Below are positions 47,527-62,594 of a DNA stretch of 64,000 nt, in pieces. The notes under the pieces are model-generated. The model was not told where the DNA came from and did not search any database. It was given only the letters and a program-made list of their open reading frames with translations. Origin of the DNA: Chara braunii (lineage: Eukaryota > Plantae > Charophyceae); NCBI GenBank assembly GCA_003427395.1, contig BFEA01000027.1:2826469-2890468 (forward strand), written 5' to 3'. The translations under genes were made by a program, and so were the position numbers. Numbering within the stretch: the first letter of the stretch is position 1; the number at the start of each line of letters is the position of its first letter.

Positions 47527-50200
47527 GTTGTGTGCATCCGGCTTTGAGCGAGACCCTTCAATTGCGGTCTTCGCCGGCCTTCAGTCTCAGGAATGTTTTA
47601 TTTTGATTCGGAACAGCAGAGAACATGCAAATGATAATTGTGAACTTTAATGTGTCATGCATGCATCCATTTTGCCAGTTTACTAATTTTGAGAACTGTG
47701 ACAAGATCATCAGAGAACTTTTGCTGAGTCAATGCAAAAGAAACAGGACTGACTGACTCAAGGCTTAGGCAAGGTAAGTGAGGGAAGAATGAGGTCTCAT
47801 AATAGTCTCCAAAGGTACAGATGGATGGGCACGGCCAACACTCGTCAAGAGTCCTCACTTGTCCCTCTTGCGTCTCTCCATCAGTCTCTCATTTAGCTGT
47901 GTGTCTCTTGTGCCTCAAGCCATGCCTATGTACCTCCTGAGATTGTGGGCTCTGAATGTAGAGCCACCTAAAGCCTGCAAGTTCAGAACACTTTCATCCA
48001 AGACCCATGACACAGCAATCGATCATAGCACAGAATTCCTCCCACAGGGTAGGAAGATGGGGTCGGGAGAAAATCCCTTGTCTGAGATGCCTAAACTCTG
48101 ACGGCTTAGTAGCCGCCTCGTAGTCAATCTCAGTAGGAGAAATATACCGCCTGGCAGGCTCCACTAAGTCACCCCACCAAGAGCCATCCGTGAGAGGGAA
48201 AGGGACTGGAGGCTTGGGATAGTCAGTAAAGCTTGGGTCCAAAGCTGCGTATCAGCCTGGTACCACCCTCATCAAGTTCCCTCTCCTTTCCTTCAAGGTA
48301 TCTTGCTCCTGAGGTCCAGACTGAGTAAAAGAGATCGTGAGTTTCCTTGCCTGCCTTCAAATAGATCATCAAATCGTGAACGGTACCGCCTGCAAACTCA
48401 GTGTGAACTACAAAAATTGGCAAATCCCTCTGCCTGAAACACACTGCGCTAACATACCGATACCGGAAGGCATCTTTGGAAGCAATCTGGTTGAGACTGG
48501 TCAGGATAGTCTCCTGGACTGGGAACAAGGAGATGCCGCTCATGTGTAGGAAAAAATGCAAAGAGTGAACAGAACAATAATGAAATGTGGCTGGAGATGA
48601 GCTGATAGTTTGTTGGTCGAGTAGCGTTGCCTTCCCTCTTCTTTGCTAACACATAGCATGGGATATCACCAAACGTTGCGAGGAGTCTGTTGCGGGGGGT
48701 CAGGCGTTGACTCGTTCAGGGGCGTAGATGACCAAGTTCTATATCGTTTATGCTGATCAGGGTTTTCAAACAGGACTATGGATTGCTTATTATGCCCAAG
48801 GGTTATTATCGGCCTTTTCTTCGATGCTACCGGAATTAGTAATAACAGAACTAATCTCTGTCAATCAAGAAACTCGTGAGTAAATAGGCAATTTTCTTCA
48901 GAACACAACTTTTCTTACCCATCAAGTTAGCAAACGTGGGAGGTGGAGTATGGCGAAATCACTATTCTAATTCTTTTCCCCATCTAGAGTGCCACATCTC
49001 TTTACAAGAGAGCAATTGATTGCCTCCAATCTCTGATCGACTGATCCGAGCCCGTTTGATGGGCACTGAAAGGGTACAATCAAAGAACAGTTCGCCAATC
49101 CCCTTTCTTTAGTTGTGTCCTTTAGTTAGAGAAAGACACAAAGCATGACTTAGCATTTGTACTGTCAGTGCATTGCACCAAGCATGATAATTGCGTTTGC
49201 GAGAAGAAAAGGTAGGGAGGTATGATGGACCAAGAAGGGAATTCTGACCCTTATCTGTCTGTTTGGATTTCCACGTTGCTTTTTCATGACCAGAAAATGT
49301 CAAACTAATTGAGGTTCCCTCGAAGTAACCATATTGGCTATATTGCCGGACTTTGAGCAACCATGTGCGTCACTGGTGCACCATGACAAAGACGCCCTCA
49401 CGTCTCTGATCAGTGAAGTTACAGTCACACACTATTCGTATCCACCTTCGACCAAAATCAGCTAGTGTCCATGGTTGACCATAGGAGAGCGGCATGGTTG
49501 CATCAATCTCAAGGCTTGGCGACAAGACTGCTCTGCTCAATTCGACCCAACACGGAAGGCGATCTTAATCACAAAGAGCATCGTCATCTTTACAAGCGGC
49601 TCAGATACTCTCCATACCTTACTCAGACCATTCTCGCTGGACTCTCCTGTTCTAGTATGGGAAGAGAGGCGGGCAGCATACAGAAAAGAGCGACATCAAC
49701 AACGGATAACTGCTCCGTCTCTCGTTCTTAACTCTGGAGAAGTCTTCGGGTGGCTCGCACGGTCTACTACGTCCCTACGGGCATACGATCTCGTTGGCGA
49801 GCTGCTTAGGACTACTCAGCTTCTCTCAACATCACATTTACAGCCCTATGAAGTTTACTCGAGAGTCGGGGTAGTCGGCCACAAGTCTCCCGAAACATCT
49901 AATCTTCGTGACTGACAACAGGTGACGGAGCTAGCCTCAGGAAAATCGTTCTTGACACCCACTGAGATGAGTGCGCAAGCCTTGTTCCTCAGTGAGCGCA
50001 TCTTGTCAACTGTATTTACACACTTTTGTCCCTCCTGCCCTATGATTGCTTTCCAATACGGGAAGGTAGCAGTGAGCACAACGATGAGCCGTAAAGATCA
50101 TCAAACTATCAAGTCGTCAGCGTGGGCATGCTCGTTCCCCCGTGCTTGTAAAAGTGCAGCTCCCGGAGTCGCTGCCCGTAGCAAATAGACTCGATTTCAT
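47527..50200 (-). mobile_element. Decayed non-LTR (LINE-like) element, copy 1
   Basis: The ~1-kb end (47527-48545) is homologous to 57190-58200 at DNA and protein level (FTDYPKPPVPFPLTD...PTEIDYEA). AATAAA near the 3' end. Only degenerate RT-like motifs upstream, so the 5' boundary is uncertain. Confidence 0.5.
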
Positions 50201-51632
50201 AGTACTAGTATCATGCGCATTGGCTGACCGCCGCTCCGTCACAACCGGGATCAACTTGAAGATGTTGATCTTTCAGTGGCTTCTCCGCCCGTTAACGTGC
50301 ATCACCATTACTCGCGGCCATACTCTTCCCCCGTCCTCTCACACAACACGACGACTCGAGTAGACAGGGTGAAGTCAGCTGCATTCAAGTTATCTTCCCA
50401 CGCGAGGACACTACGTCCTTCCGGCTAGTCCAAAACACTCCCACAGATGCCTGAGCCTGCCTCTGGCAAACACACCTCCTATAATGCCTCCTAGCGTGAC
50501 AACATCAACCAGTTGCTCGAGCGTAGCATGCTCCCTGTCATTTGGCCTCTCTCCCCCTCTCTCTCTTGATAGCCTCACGCATCTCTTGCACTGATTGGCA
50601 CAACACTATGTCAATCACACACGGATCGCGTGAAACGCATGCGCAGAGTTATTCACCTCTATTCACTCTAAAACCCAGCTACGGTGACAACAGCCTTGCG
50701 TGATGATCACCAGCGTGCCACACGTGCCCCCTGCATGTGACAACTGTCTCCCCTTTAGAACTTGGGGCTCCCTCTCGATAGTCATCCCCACGTGTCCCTT
50801 TGGCTGTCTCGCAAGTCCTCAGTCATCGCCCGGCTGGAGACAGTGCCTCTCTTGACACACCATCCCGGACTGTCATCCACACCCAATTACAAAGAACACG
50901 ATCATTTCTCTCTCTCTGGTCTCTCGTGTCTCTCTCCCGTAACTGCCTAGTGCCCCTCTCTCTCAGAGACCCGCTAACACGCGTTCAACTCTGAGAGCCT
51001 CCCTACCGACACCCCGGACTCAGCCTGGCCTCTCCGTCGTGAATTGGCCTCTCGGCCATCTTCCACGGGCTCAGCAAGCGGATGGTCCTTCCACCACTGT
51101 TCCAGCCCGTGCCAGGACTAGGTCTCCGCATCCAGGTCACTGGCCTCGCTCTCGGCCTCAGTGTCCCGGTCCAAGTGCTCATGCTCTCGCTCTGTAGTCC
51201 CAGTAGACGTCTCCACCTCGTGGTACTCGACGGTCACTTGGATTTCCGTCGTGACACCGTCCCTCCTGCACCTCCTCTTAGTCGATTGTTGGCCTCCGTG
51301 ACGGCCGCCTGTAGTCCCTGGTCCATCCTCTTCTCTCCTTTCCTACTCCCTTCAACCTTTATTTTTAGTTTTGCCTCCTCGTTGTAACGACTATAATCTA
51401 GGATGACCGTAATCACAGGTATCTCAAAGGTAGGGGGTGGGAGGAACCAGGGTGTAGCAGCAGGTATCTGGCGCCAGGTTCAGGGTGAAGAGGTTCTCCC
51501 CCCCCCAACATCCTGCTCAGTCAATCCCCTGGACCCCAGGGTAATCAATGCTGGCAAGAATATTCCGCATCTCTGTTTTTCTGATATGGTTCGAATTCTG
51601 CCCATGTAAGGGATGCCGGACCCGTTTTCCAG

Positions 51633-51853
51633 CAGGTGTCGCTCCCCACCAATAGATGGAGCTCCCCCCCAGGTGTTAGCGGTNTCTGCTCTTATCAGCA
51701 CCACTAACACTGACGGGAGCGTGTTCAAAAGAAAAATAATAATCAGGTGTCGCTCCCCACCAATCGATGGAGCTCCCCCCCAGGTGTTAGTGGTGTATGC
51801 TCTTATCAGCACCACTAACACTGACGGGAGCGTGTTCAAAAGAAAAATAATAA
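51633..51853 (+). repeat. ~110-bp tandem duplication with a hairpin and A-rich tail (SINE/LINE 3'-end-like)
   Basis: Two copies with a TGTTAGTGGTG...CACCACTAACA stem. A related sequence with poly(A) lies at ~61190-61263. Confidence 0.6.
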
Positions 51854-54800
51854 TGATAATAAAAGAATCCAAATAATTATTTAAGCGCGTGCCACTCTCA
51901 ATCAGAGCCAGTTGTCCTTTCAGCTAAGTCTGAGAAGGCAATTGGCTCGGCGCGCAGTGGTCCCATAACGGGAAACCAATCGAAGTTTTCCCGTCCTCAA
52001 AATCGACCGCTGGCCTTGCCCTCGATGGGTATCCACTTTTGATGGCAAGGAGGGGGCTTATGACCTTCCCCGGGAGGTGATAAGCCTCCTACCAAAGCGG
52101 CCGCGGGCTACCGCTTTTTTCTGGAGTCCCTCTTCGCGACGATTAGCAGGTTGTGCCCGCAGCAGATCGAAATGCGCAGGGTTGGATGGCCTAGATTACA
52201 TACCTTCAAATCATAATTTGAGACTTTAACCGTTCGCCCTCCCGCAAGGTGACTGGCGAGGATTGAAGTCCGAAAGAGCTATAAGAAAGGGAGGTGATAA
52301 AAGAAAAGGAGGAAGGGAAAAGACCCCTGCACCATTACAACTATGGGACCGTCTGATTTAACACCCTAGGGTAGCGGTTTGAATTCGGTCGCAAATGTGA
52401 AACGTAAAGCTTTCTGTTTCCATTTTCCTCTTTCCCTCTTTATTTTATTTCTCTTTTCCTTCTTCCTTTTGAGTTTTTACAGCCTCTGTATCTATCCCCA
52501 AAACCCGACTGTTGACGCTCGGTGCGCGTCAGGAAAGACTTCGCCCGCTTCTCACTGTCGCGCCCCCAGGTGAGCTCGACGGCCAGCACAGCCACAGGCC
52601 GATCTGCTGTGCAACAGGGCTCCGAGCGTGTGCGGATCAGCAATAGTTCACTGACGCACCCACCTTTTTTCAGTGGCAGCGTCGACTGGACCGGTCCCAT
52701 AGGAGGGGTACATTAGCAGGTATAGGATACACAACGAAGGTTCCCTGATCAGGCACATTGGGCCAAGAGTTGTGCAACGGTTGGGAGATTTTCCACCCCA
52801 TGGTTGCTTTTTCGCTTTGGGGGGGGGGTGACTGAGACACTGACAGTGGGCCGCACCGCTGTACAACAACAGAGTTGCGGTTAGTCCATCATCATAAGGG
52901 GGGTGCGTTCAAATGTTCAAATTAGAAAACAAAGCAAGAGGCTTGAAAGGTAAATTTGACATGTTTGGTCGCACGTGCTCCATTCAATGTTGAACTATAT
53001 CCACATTGCGCTTCATCTACTGTTTGGACTCTGGACATGCTTGTTTTCAATTTCTATTCCACAGCAATACAAGAAAAATCCGAAAAAACGAGAACATAAT
53101 GAAACAACTCGCCAACTAATCATTATATATTGAGAAACTAATTACGCAAAGTAGTAAACATGACTTCTTCTTTTTATTCCCTTTTTGTGGGGCTTAAAAA
53201 AAAAAAAAAAACTGGATCGAAGGAACCAATGATATCAACCTGAAAGCTATCTCCTAAAATCGGGGTGCCAGACAAAGCAACAACAATTCCCACCCAAGTT
53301 GGGGATCCGATCGAGCCTCTCCTGAAATTTAGGAGGCTTGGGACAGGGTATCCGAAGGGGCCGTGGCAAAAAAAAGTGTCCCCAATGCCCCATGCCATTC
53401 GGTGGCAGTAGTCCTAACCTTGAAAAAAAAAATAGAAATTATGCCCGCCCCCAGGCGGGCTGTGTTCCGAGATCCCTAACTTTTCGGAGAGGTGCATTCA
53501 AATTTTTCAGATGTACTGGCGGTTCAAACAATCTATTATTTCTATGGTTTTTTCTGCCTCTCTTTCAAGAATGGACAACACAACGTATGCACGGGCAATC
53601 TTTTGTAAGATTGTGTTTTCTTATAGGTAAATCATCATAAATGGCAATAAATTGAATAAAATACGAACAATCCAGACTAACACAGTTGTATGAAAGAGTG
53701 TTGTGTGACTGGGCAAGTGGTGCAGCTTCGGTAGCTTTTGTAGTTATTTATGTTGCTCTGTTTTTTGATAGTGAAATGACATAAAACACGAACAATCCAG
53801 ATTAACGCAGTTGTATGAAAGCGTGATGTGTAACCAGGGCAAGTGGTGTAGCTTCAGTAGCTTTGGTAGTTGCTCATGTTGCCCTATATGGCGGCAATGC
53901 ATGGGCATTGGCTGGGAGGGAATAATCGGGTATATAGACCTATGTATACTGACTCGTATCATCATATAGAAGTTAATAATAGAACTACCCGGTGAACCGC
54001 AGGCAGAGAGGGTGAAGAGGAGAACAAATGAGGCGTTGTAACACATTGTTTCGTTGGATTTTTTTTCATGGACTCGTCACGAGGTTCGACATATAGTGAG
54101 GTTCGATCTTATTATATTGTTGCACAACCCACCCCAATTGAGTTGGCTTATTATTGTTTGTATGAAAACAATGACCATTTATGGCTGATTACCCAAATAG
54201 CTGATTTTGTCGAAGTGCACAAATAATTGTAAGATCATCATTCAGTCATGTATAAATAGAATAATAATATGATGATTAAGTGTTGCCACTGCTGCGCACC
54301 GAATTGAAAACAAACCATGCAAGCAGTCCAAGGTCAACAAATGGACCAAAAGCTCAAAACACTTTGACTTTTCAAGTTGGTTCTCCCATTCATTTACTAG
54401 CTTTTCTTAAGGCTTGTTTTTGCAAAACTCTTTGAGACGAATTTCGTTTTTCAAAACTGCAAAAACACCAGTTAAAACCAGTTCAACAAAACAATTCATT
54501 ATTGAAAGATGGGGAACAAATAATATGACAAATTGTGCTCACGTTCTCCACAATTTGGAGTAGTGCGCATATGCGGCATACAGTAGTTGCCTTCAAATTT
54601 GCTGCTTGGAATTGGGTGCATTAGCTCTGACAACCGCCCTTTTCTTAACTACAATATTATAGCCCAGTCAGTCTCTTATCCATGAGATTTTGGATTCATC
54701 TCGATAATGAAGTGAGAGTGATGTTGCAGGCTTTCACGTGTTCCTCGACTGAGATACAAACAAGGTCCAATCACATTTTGGATTGGTCCATCCAACCAGT

Positions 54801-56537
54801 CGAGTATTAGATTGAAATCTACAATGTGTTTACTCGTCGGGACCAACTTCATGTATCTGGTACTTCATGTACCTGGTCCATTATCCTTACCTTCTGCTTT
54901 AGCGAAGCCGTTTTTTTACTTTCATGTGTTGCGTTCAGGCAAAACCTATCACTAGGCATACCGCGCATGTGTAGCTTACACCCTTAGCCTGGGTCAACTT
55001 GAGATGGCGTGACAAAGTTGGAGATCGGTATGCTGAAGTACTCTTTTCGGTTAGCAAGGGCATAATGGCACACAAACCGACTTTCAAGTGTACTTATCTA
55101 ATTTGCTACTCTTTGAAAAGTGGTGGAAATTCCATAGGGAACCAAAATGGAAAGAACATCTTTGTCTTAAGTTTTGAATCGTGCCTAAAACGTAAAATGA
55201 TAGCTATGAATCATAAAAAAAACTTGTCAAATAACAATTTAATAGCACTTTGTGTGGTGTACTTTTTTGTTTTGTTTTCGGAAGGGACATAATTTATAGT
55301 AGGCATGAGAGTATACCATTTTTTCGAGACAAGGATCTAGAAAACTTTAAGGGGGTTGATGAACACCGACACATACTCATCATCCTTTTTTTTCTCCAGC
55401 CCCTCGTTGACTTGTTGAGTGCCCTTTTTCTTGTTGACCTCCTAGCTGGTCCCAACGCCATCTCTCGATCTCCCTCTACCATTGACAAAATTTCTCGATT
55501 GCATGCTGCCATCTCTAGTTGTTGGGTCCCTTTTACGTTTCTCGGAACTGCTGCCCGACTTTCCTCCAGTGACTGTTTTTTCGGGCATGAGGTTACATTT
55601 GGCGGTTTTCGCTTTCTTTTCTGCGGGGTTTTACTCGTATACATATTCGTTGACTTTTTTTTTGTATTTCCTTCCCCACCTCCTTCCTCACCGACTCCCT
55701 TATCCACTGAGACTTCTTGTATTTTTTTCTCTCACATGCACTCCTCTACTTTGCGAATGTTTTCCCCTTTTTCAGTTGTTCGGTCACTTCTTCACGCACC
55801 GCATTATCTCGATTGCGCTTCTGTTATAAAATACTTGGAATAACAATACCACTTCAGCCCCATCATCCTTAGCAACAAGGTCATTTCTTGCAGGCCTTTT
55901 TGACAATATATATATTGGCGAAGCTCCAATGAAACATAACCCCACAACCATTCATGAGTTGACGAAACTCCGACGAAACAGAATCCCATAACCCTTCTAC
56001 ACCATCGGTTTACCGAGTAGGTCTATTTAACGAAAAGGGTCCGCCTCCTGATAAGTGGGTGAAACTCTGACAAAATAGTTTGTTGTGACCTCTCGTTTGT
56101 TATCCTCTGCTCTCTTTCTGCCTACGATTTACCAGGCGATTTTGTTTATTGCCAAATGACCTTTATAATAGCCAGATTCGCAAGATTAAATTTTCACAAA
56201 CTTTAAATATAAATCTTAGATATATTATATACATCGTCAAACAGAGTTGCCTGCTAAGTGTTAGGCAAAGATGGAAAAAAAAACAACAAACGAGGGGCTA
56301 TACATATATATCGTCAAACAGAACTGTACGGTAAATCGTAGGCAGAGAGGGAGAAGAAGATAACAAACGCGGGGTTGTAACAAACTATTTCGTCGGAGTT
56401 TCATCATATATATATATATATATATAAAACTTCGACGAAACAGTTTGTCACAACCCCCTGTTTTTTTTCCTCTTCTCACTCTCTCCCTACGATTTATCGA
56501 ATAGCTCTATTTGATGATGATATATATATATATATCC

Positions 56538-56736
56538 AACAATCATTTGGTAGATTATCCAAGTCCTAACAATCTCAGCTATTGGTGGGGTTTTGCATCT
56601 CTTGCTAGTATTTGTTTCGTAATCCAGATAAATACAAACATATTTTTAGCAATGCCTTATACACCTCATGTAGATTTAACTTTCTACAATGTAAAACGTC
56701 TTATGAGATTTTGAAGGAGGATAACTCCTTCAATAT
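56538..56736 (+). pseudogene. cob: Mitochondrial cytochrome b fragment (NUMT)
   Basis: NHLVDYPSPNNLSYWWGFASLASICFVIQINTNIFLAMPYTPHVDLTF..., then frameshifted EGG*LLQY. Matches the N-terminus of plant mitochondrial Cob. Confidence 0.92.
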
Positions 56737-57189
56737 GGAGAAGTATGTAGGCAATTGTCAAGTTACTTGAAGTTAATTTTATATATTGGCTAGGGGGTCT
56801 CTGGTGGTCAGATTTCACATATTTGTGGCCTTAGCTAATCTACTCTGCCACCTGGTCAAACCCTAGTTGGGGTTGCATGTTGAAACACCCCTTAGACCGG
56901 GCCTACAGGTGCAGTCGGGACGGACGATTACGACCACCTGATTGTAGGTTTTGATAGAAGCACTTGCTGACCGATGATTAGCACACACTTGCATTAGTAA
57001 GTCTTCTGCAAAAACTGTGTTGCTGCGCATCTAAAGAATGAGAGTTTTACGTTCAGGCTTTGAGCGTTGTCGCACTTTTTTTAGTCGGGCCTTCTCGGAC
57101 GACCAGAAAGGCAACAGACTATCACGCATAATTTTGTTGTTTGTTTGCAATAAATAACTGGATAAATTAAATAAAGCAAATCTCTTTTT

Positions 57190-59800
57190 GTTGTGTGCGT
57201 CCGGCTTCGAGCGAGACCCTTCATTTGCGGTCTTCGTCGATCCCCGACCTTAGGAATCTTTTATTTTGATTCGGAACAGTAATTATGAAATTTGGGTGTG
57301 CCATGCATATATCAAATTTGCCAATTTGCTAATTTTTAGAACTACTACAAGATCATCAGGAAGCATAATCATCAGCAAAGTCAATGTAAACGAAGTAGAA
57401 CCGACTGACTCAAGGCTTAGGCGAGGTAAGTGAGGGAAAAGTGAGAACTCGTAATAGTCTCAGAAGATAGGAATGAATTAGACACGGTCAAACTCTAGTC
57501 AAGAGTCCTCACTCATCCCTCTAGAGCCTCGTCATCAATCTCTCATTTGGTTGTACGTCTTTTGTGCTTCGAGCCATGCCTATATACCTCCTGAGATTGT
57601 GGCCTCTAAATGTAGAGTCACCTGAAGCCTGCAAATTCCGAGCACCTCCATCCAACACCCATGACACGGAAGTCAACCATGACACAAAATTTCTCCCATA
57701 GAGTAGGGAGATATGGCTGGGAGAAAACCCCTCGTCGAAGACGTCCGAACTCGAATGGTCTGATGACCGCCTCATAGTCAATCTCTGTTGGAGAAACGTA
57801 CCTCTTAGCTAAATCATCCAAAACACCCGAGCAACAACTGTCTGTGAGAGGAAAGGGAACTGGAGGCTTGAGATAGTCAGTGTAAAGCTTGGGTCCAAAG
57901 TTGCGGATTAGCTTGATACCAATCTCATCAAACTCTCTCTCTTTCACCTGAAGGTATTTGGCCGCTGAAACCTAGACTGAATCAAATGCTCATGGGTTTC
58001 CTTGCCTTTCTTTACGTAGAGCCTCATGCCGTGAATGATGTCTTCTGCAAAACTAAGAATGACGAAGATGGACATGTCTTCTTGTCTGAAGATGACTGCA
58101 CTGGCATATCGATATTGGAAAGCATCTTTGGAGGTAATTTGGTTGAGACTGGTCAAAACTGACTCATTGATTGGAAATGAAGTAATGGTACTCATGTGTC
58201 ACTGATGTGAATAATGATGAATTCTGATTGATAACGATCGCAAGTGTTGATAATAGCTGACAAACTGAATGTCTCCGACAAGAATACCGATTGAGTGATA
58301 CTGACTTGTTGCAATTGTTGGATGAAACTCGTTGATTGGAGTTTTGGTAAAATCCTCAAAAAAAACATGAGCATTCATATGTTCACCCGAGCTTAGCCCT
58401 GACCTGCTTAATCGTCTCCAAGTATGATCCCGTGCTATGCAGCTTCTCATTACGATTGTGGAATTGGATGACGTATTCGACATATTTCCTCTCACTAATT
58501 CTACTAATTGCTCCTTCCCTCAAAACGGACTTGCCACGCTCCATGTCTTGAATTGCTTCTGTCTCCCAACCCTAATGTTTGTGTCGGTTGATGATGCCTT
58601 TAACTACTAATATCTCAGCATCCTTCATGTTCTCCCTATCCCCTTTAGGATGATAACTTAGGAGCTGGGAGGAAGGAGGGGTGACCGGCAGTTTTGGCGA
58701 ACTGCATATAACAAGAGAGGGTAGGCGAGTCTTGCCACACACGTGCTTTATAGAGTTCGGTTGACTCCGGTCTCGACTGTGTGTTCTACGTGAAAGCACA
58801 GCAGAGGCCAAGATAGGTCGGTGTTCCACTCACACACCCAGTTCAGTTGAGCCTATTGAGACACCGGATCGAGTTTTAGCCCCTCCCCTTGTGACTGCGA
58901 AAGGTAAGCTGCCACTGAACAAGAGTCAGGTAGCATCGCGTGCTGCCTTCTGCACACTGTATCAACCGGTCCCTGATCAAGTGGCTAGGACCCTCGGTTG
59001 AACACTTCAGTACTCATCCTGAGTTACCACAGGCTGAGCACTAAAATGAGGCCAAACTGTCCGAGTATCATCCGTGGTCTGATTCATTGGCGTGGTCTCT
59101 TTGGGCCGTCCCTCCCTTTTTTCCGAGTTCGAGCTTGGCCCACTCAACAACTTTCAGCGGTGAACAAATGTTGTGCAGTCGCCCACTACGGTCGTGAAGA
59201 TTGGAGACAAATTCTATATAATTACCCTTCACTCTCTGGGCAGCTCACTCTCTCACTCTTAGCTTATGCGATTACCTGTCCTCGGCTGTTACCATTTCCC
59301 TTCCGTAAGTGTTTCCTTTGTTACTCCTACATCTTCACACTGAATCTTTTTATATCCTTCTTGCTCCCGTCCCTTCCGGCTAGATGCTTGGCTGAATGGT
59401 TATTGCACTACCTCCCTTCAAATCTCTCGTGAGTAGGCTTCCTTTTAACTAGCAACAGATAGCACTATGCGTTAGATTCAGGTATTAAAATTTCACTGCC
59501 TCAGTTAATTAGTAATTTAGTACCATGGTTGACCAGTGGTAAACTCAGCATAACAGGTGCACAGGAAAATGCGAACTCTCGTGCCAACCAGTCCACTGCA
59601 TGGATAGCGTCGGATGTCATCCTCGGTCACATACCGCTTTCTTTCAGTGATCGGGAGACTTCAGGGTTCTGCTCTCAATCACAGAGTGCGAAAATCCTAA
59701 GTACATCGTTTGTTGGCATCCAGTCCTGGGTACGGCTGGTTAGATCCCTGCCTGGGCAACGCTCAGGATGATGCTAGCAAACCGACCTCATCCCGACCCC
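57190..59800 (-). mobile_element. Decayed non-LTR (LINE-like) element, copy 2
   Basis: Homologous to copy 1. Minus-strand remnants PGLDA (~59720), LSPIF (~59200) and TTDDT (~59070) fall in RT motif order. 5' boundary uncertain. Confidence 0.5.
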
Positions 59801-62061
59801 TGAGGTTTAATGCATGCTACGCATCCCCTACTCAACTACACAGCCATTGTCCGCGTACAGAGATAGGCAACACTGCACCATTCCTCCCTCGCTATTCGTG
59901 CTCAGAAGGGGATGACGCCATGCACCGTTCCCTACCTCCGTTCGTGTACAGGGCTGGGCGACAACGAACATTCGTTCGTGTTTTGTGGGGGAGACATTCC
60001 GCTGTCTCAGCTCACAGACTGCACAGGACACTGTAACAATTCGAGAAAGGCCCAGACTGACGCCGCGCCGGTCAGATTGGTTGGATGGTTGGTGAATTGG
60101 CAAGTGGCTGAGTGGGGTAATTATCGAAATAGAACAAAATCAGTCAGCCTGGCGCAAAAGGGGTTTTCCTCTCGGAGACTGTCCTCTCCCGTTTATATTG
60201 CAAAAGTGGACATTGGTGATGATCCCCTCCAGGATACTTACGCAGTGTAACGTTCAACGTTTTCCGTTTGAGCACCACACAGCGTATTATGGAGGGTTAT
60301 CATCGTCGACGCTCAGCAGTGCGCAAACCTGTAAACAATGAAATATGAGACTATTGCCGAGAAAATTGCCAAGGAATCTTGAAATCAAAGTTGATAAACT
60401 GGCTGTCTGATTTTAAAGAAGAGGTTCTAATCACAGTACACCAAAATCTCAATAGTTAGAGTCAGGAATTGAAAACATTGTTTCGAGCAAGCAAGGTGAG
60501 CAAAAATCTAAAATTAGTCTCCATCAACCAAGAATTTGGTGAGCAGGTACACGATTCTCTCGCAAATGCGCTGTTTCTTGCCCATCTAATCAGTTGCAAA
60601 TAATAAAAGAAAAACGTCAGACTCCTGTCTCTCGCTTTATGTGAGGGAAGGACTTCATGTGATCCTTAATTGTCCAATTAAAGCTTACTGAACGAAGCGT
60701 AGAGAGTCTAGAGACACCGAGTACTTGCTGTCAGGAGTGTCGTTTCCTAGTCAGCTCGTTCCTTCTCGAAGCAATCGCATATGGGACAACACCCACCCTT
60801 TTCTCACATCATTACTCGCCTCTTCCCAAATTCTCCCATATCCCCCAATTTAAACTTTTCTCAAGCCCCTGCCCTGGTTCGTCATAGGCTCTCTACTTAG
60901 CATTAATGGACTCAAGATCAATGGCTCTCACCTGTGAAGAGCAAGGATCCCATAACCAAGTCACAGTGGGCCTGCCGTTCGATTGATGGAGAGTGGTTAC
61001 TTAAAAAGGGGACCAGTCTGCTGACTTAGTCACAACCAGGGAAACGTTCGTTAATGAGATCAAGAATCAAGGCACAGATTGGGGTCTCAAGGGAACTTGA
61101 CAGATAAGCAGACCGGTTTGCAGGGTGGCACGTGGCGCGTTTGATTGTTCTATAAGGGAAAAACTTCAAAAAAGTGAGTTTGCACCCTGTAGTGGTGTCT
61201 GCTCTTACCAGCAGCACTAACACTGGTGGGGGGTTGTTTTTTTCAAAAAAAAAAAAAAAAAAAGGTCTTATACTTGGGTAACGAGATCTATAAGGAAGGT
61301 TTGCGTCAGGAAGATGCAAAAGCGTCACTGAGCTAAGATCATTCTTAGGGATCGCAGGTTATTACAAAAAAAACTATTTGCAAAAAATGACACAGCACCA
61401 TAGTTTGTCCCTTGATTGATCTCACTTGATTGGATCCCCCCTCGGACTGGGATCACTCATGTGACATGGATTTGAAACACTGGAAACACTGTCTCCATTG
61501 CAGGCACTTCGAAGTGAGATCTGACCGAAAACAAACTGGCATGACACTTTTATTGTTTTTCTTTGTTGGTTGGCACTGCCAACCAATCGCTGCCAGCCAA
61601 AGAAACGAGCGAAAGTCTCATGCCAGTCCATGGCGTGACAGTCCCGTCTTCCTTTTTTCACCTTTCACTATCCAGCTAGCACTACTCCTCAGCCTATACA
61701 GGGGACCCCTGCAAGCATAGCTACCTCTCACAATTATGGGGATGCACATTGCCCCCCACCCATATTGGTGGTGGTCAGGGAGTAGGGTGGGGCTGCCGGC
61801 AGGGGGGGGGGGGGGGGGGGGCGGCTGGCCCAGAGACCAAGCATTTTGTCAGTAGCTGAGCCTCCTGTCTACTTCCCCCACCCCCCATTGAGTAGCTGCA
61901 GTGGTTATGAACTTTCAACTTATGGCCAACACTCTCCCAAACGCCACACACAACCGACTCACGCTCACACTCACACCCATATTGGTCATATACCCTACTA
62001 ATACCAATCAGGGGAATCAAGCGGACTATCACAATTGGTTGGCACTAAATGCACCGCAGGT

Positions 62062-62131
62062 GGTCATGCGGATTGAACCCACAACCTCTGGAATGCGACT
62101 TGCGTGCCTAATCAACTGAGCTAGGCCACTG
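62062..62131 (-). mobile_element. tRNA-derived sequence (pseudo-tRNA or SINE head)
   Basis: Minus strand GGCCTAGCTCAGTTGATTAGG...GAGGTTGTGGGTTCAATCCGC has A and B boxes at tRNA spacing but an imperfect cloverleaf. Confidence 0.6.
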
Positions 62132-62594
62132 GATGGTGTGACACCCCTGTTTTTGCTGCCAGCCCTCCTGTTTTCGCTGCCCACCCAAAAAAAAGTGTCA
62201 TGCCAGTTCGTTTTGGACTTATCTGGGAGGCCAAAGTGGTGGTCCAGCCGTGGTGGGGACCACTTTGTTGCGCAGTTTGGCAGGCTTAGCTTGGCTCGGA
62301 GGGAAGCGTCAGAAGAGGTAGTGGTAGTTCAATGCCGAACTCCAGTATTAAAATGTGATTAAACGAGAAGAGGTAGTGGTAGTTTAATGTTGGACTCAGT
62401 ATTGAAATGTGATTAAGAGAGCAAAAACCAACGTCATGTTCTCTGTTGCTGGAGGGAAGCATAAAGTTTTCCAGTTCTTTTTTCTTTTCCAGAGGAGGAA
62501 GAGACAGCCTCGAAGCCTCCCCTTTTGTACATACATCAACAATTGGTGCCAAGAGGAATCGCAGCGTTCACCGACTCAGCATATGCCGTTTCCC

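Noticed and set aside
54500-56500. Possible CACTA-like or other DNA transposon remnant (CCGACGAAA repeats, basic ORF 55294-55707)
   Set aside because: No TIR/TSD pair or recognisable transposase motif.
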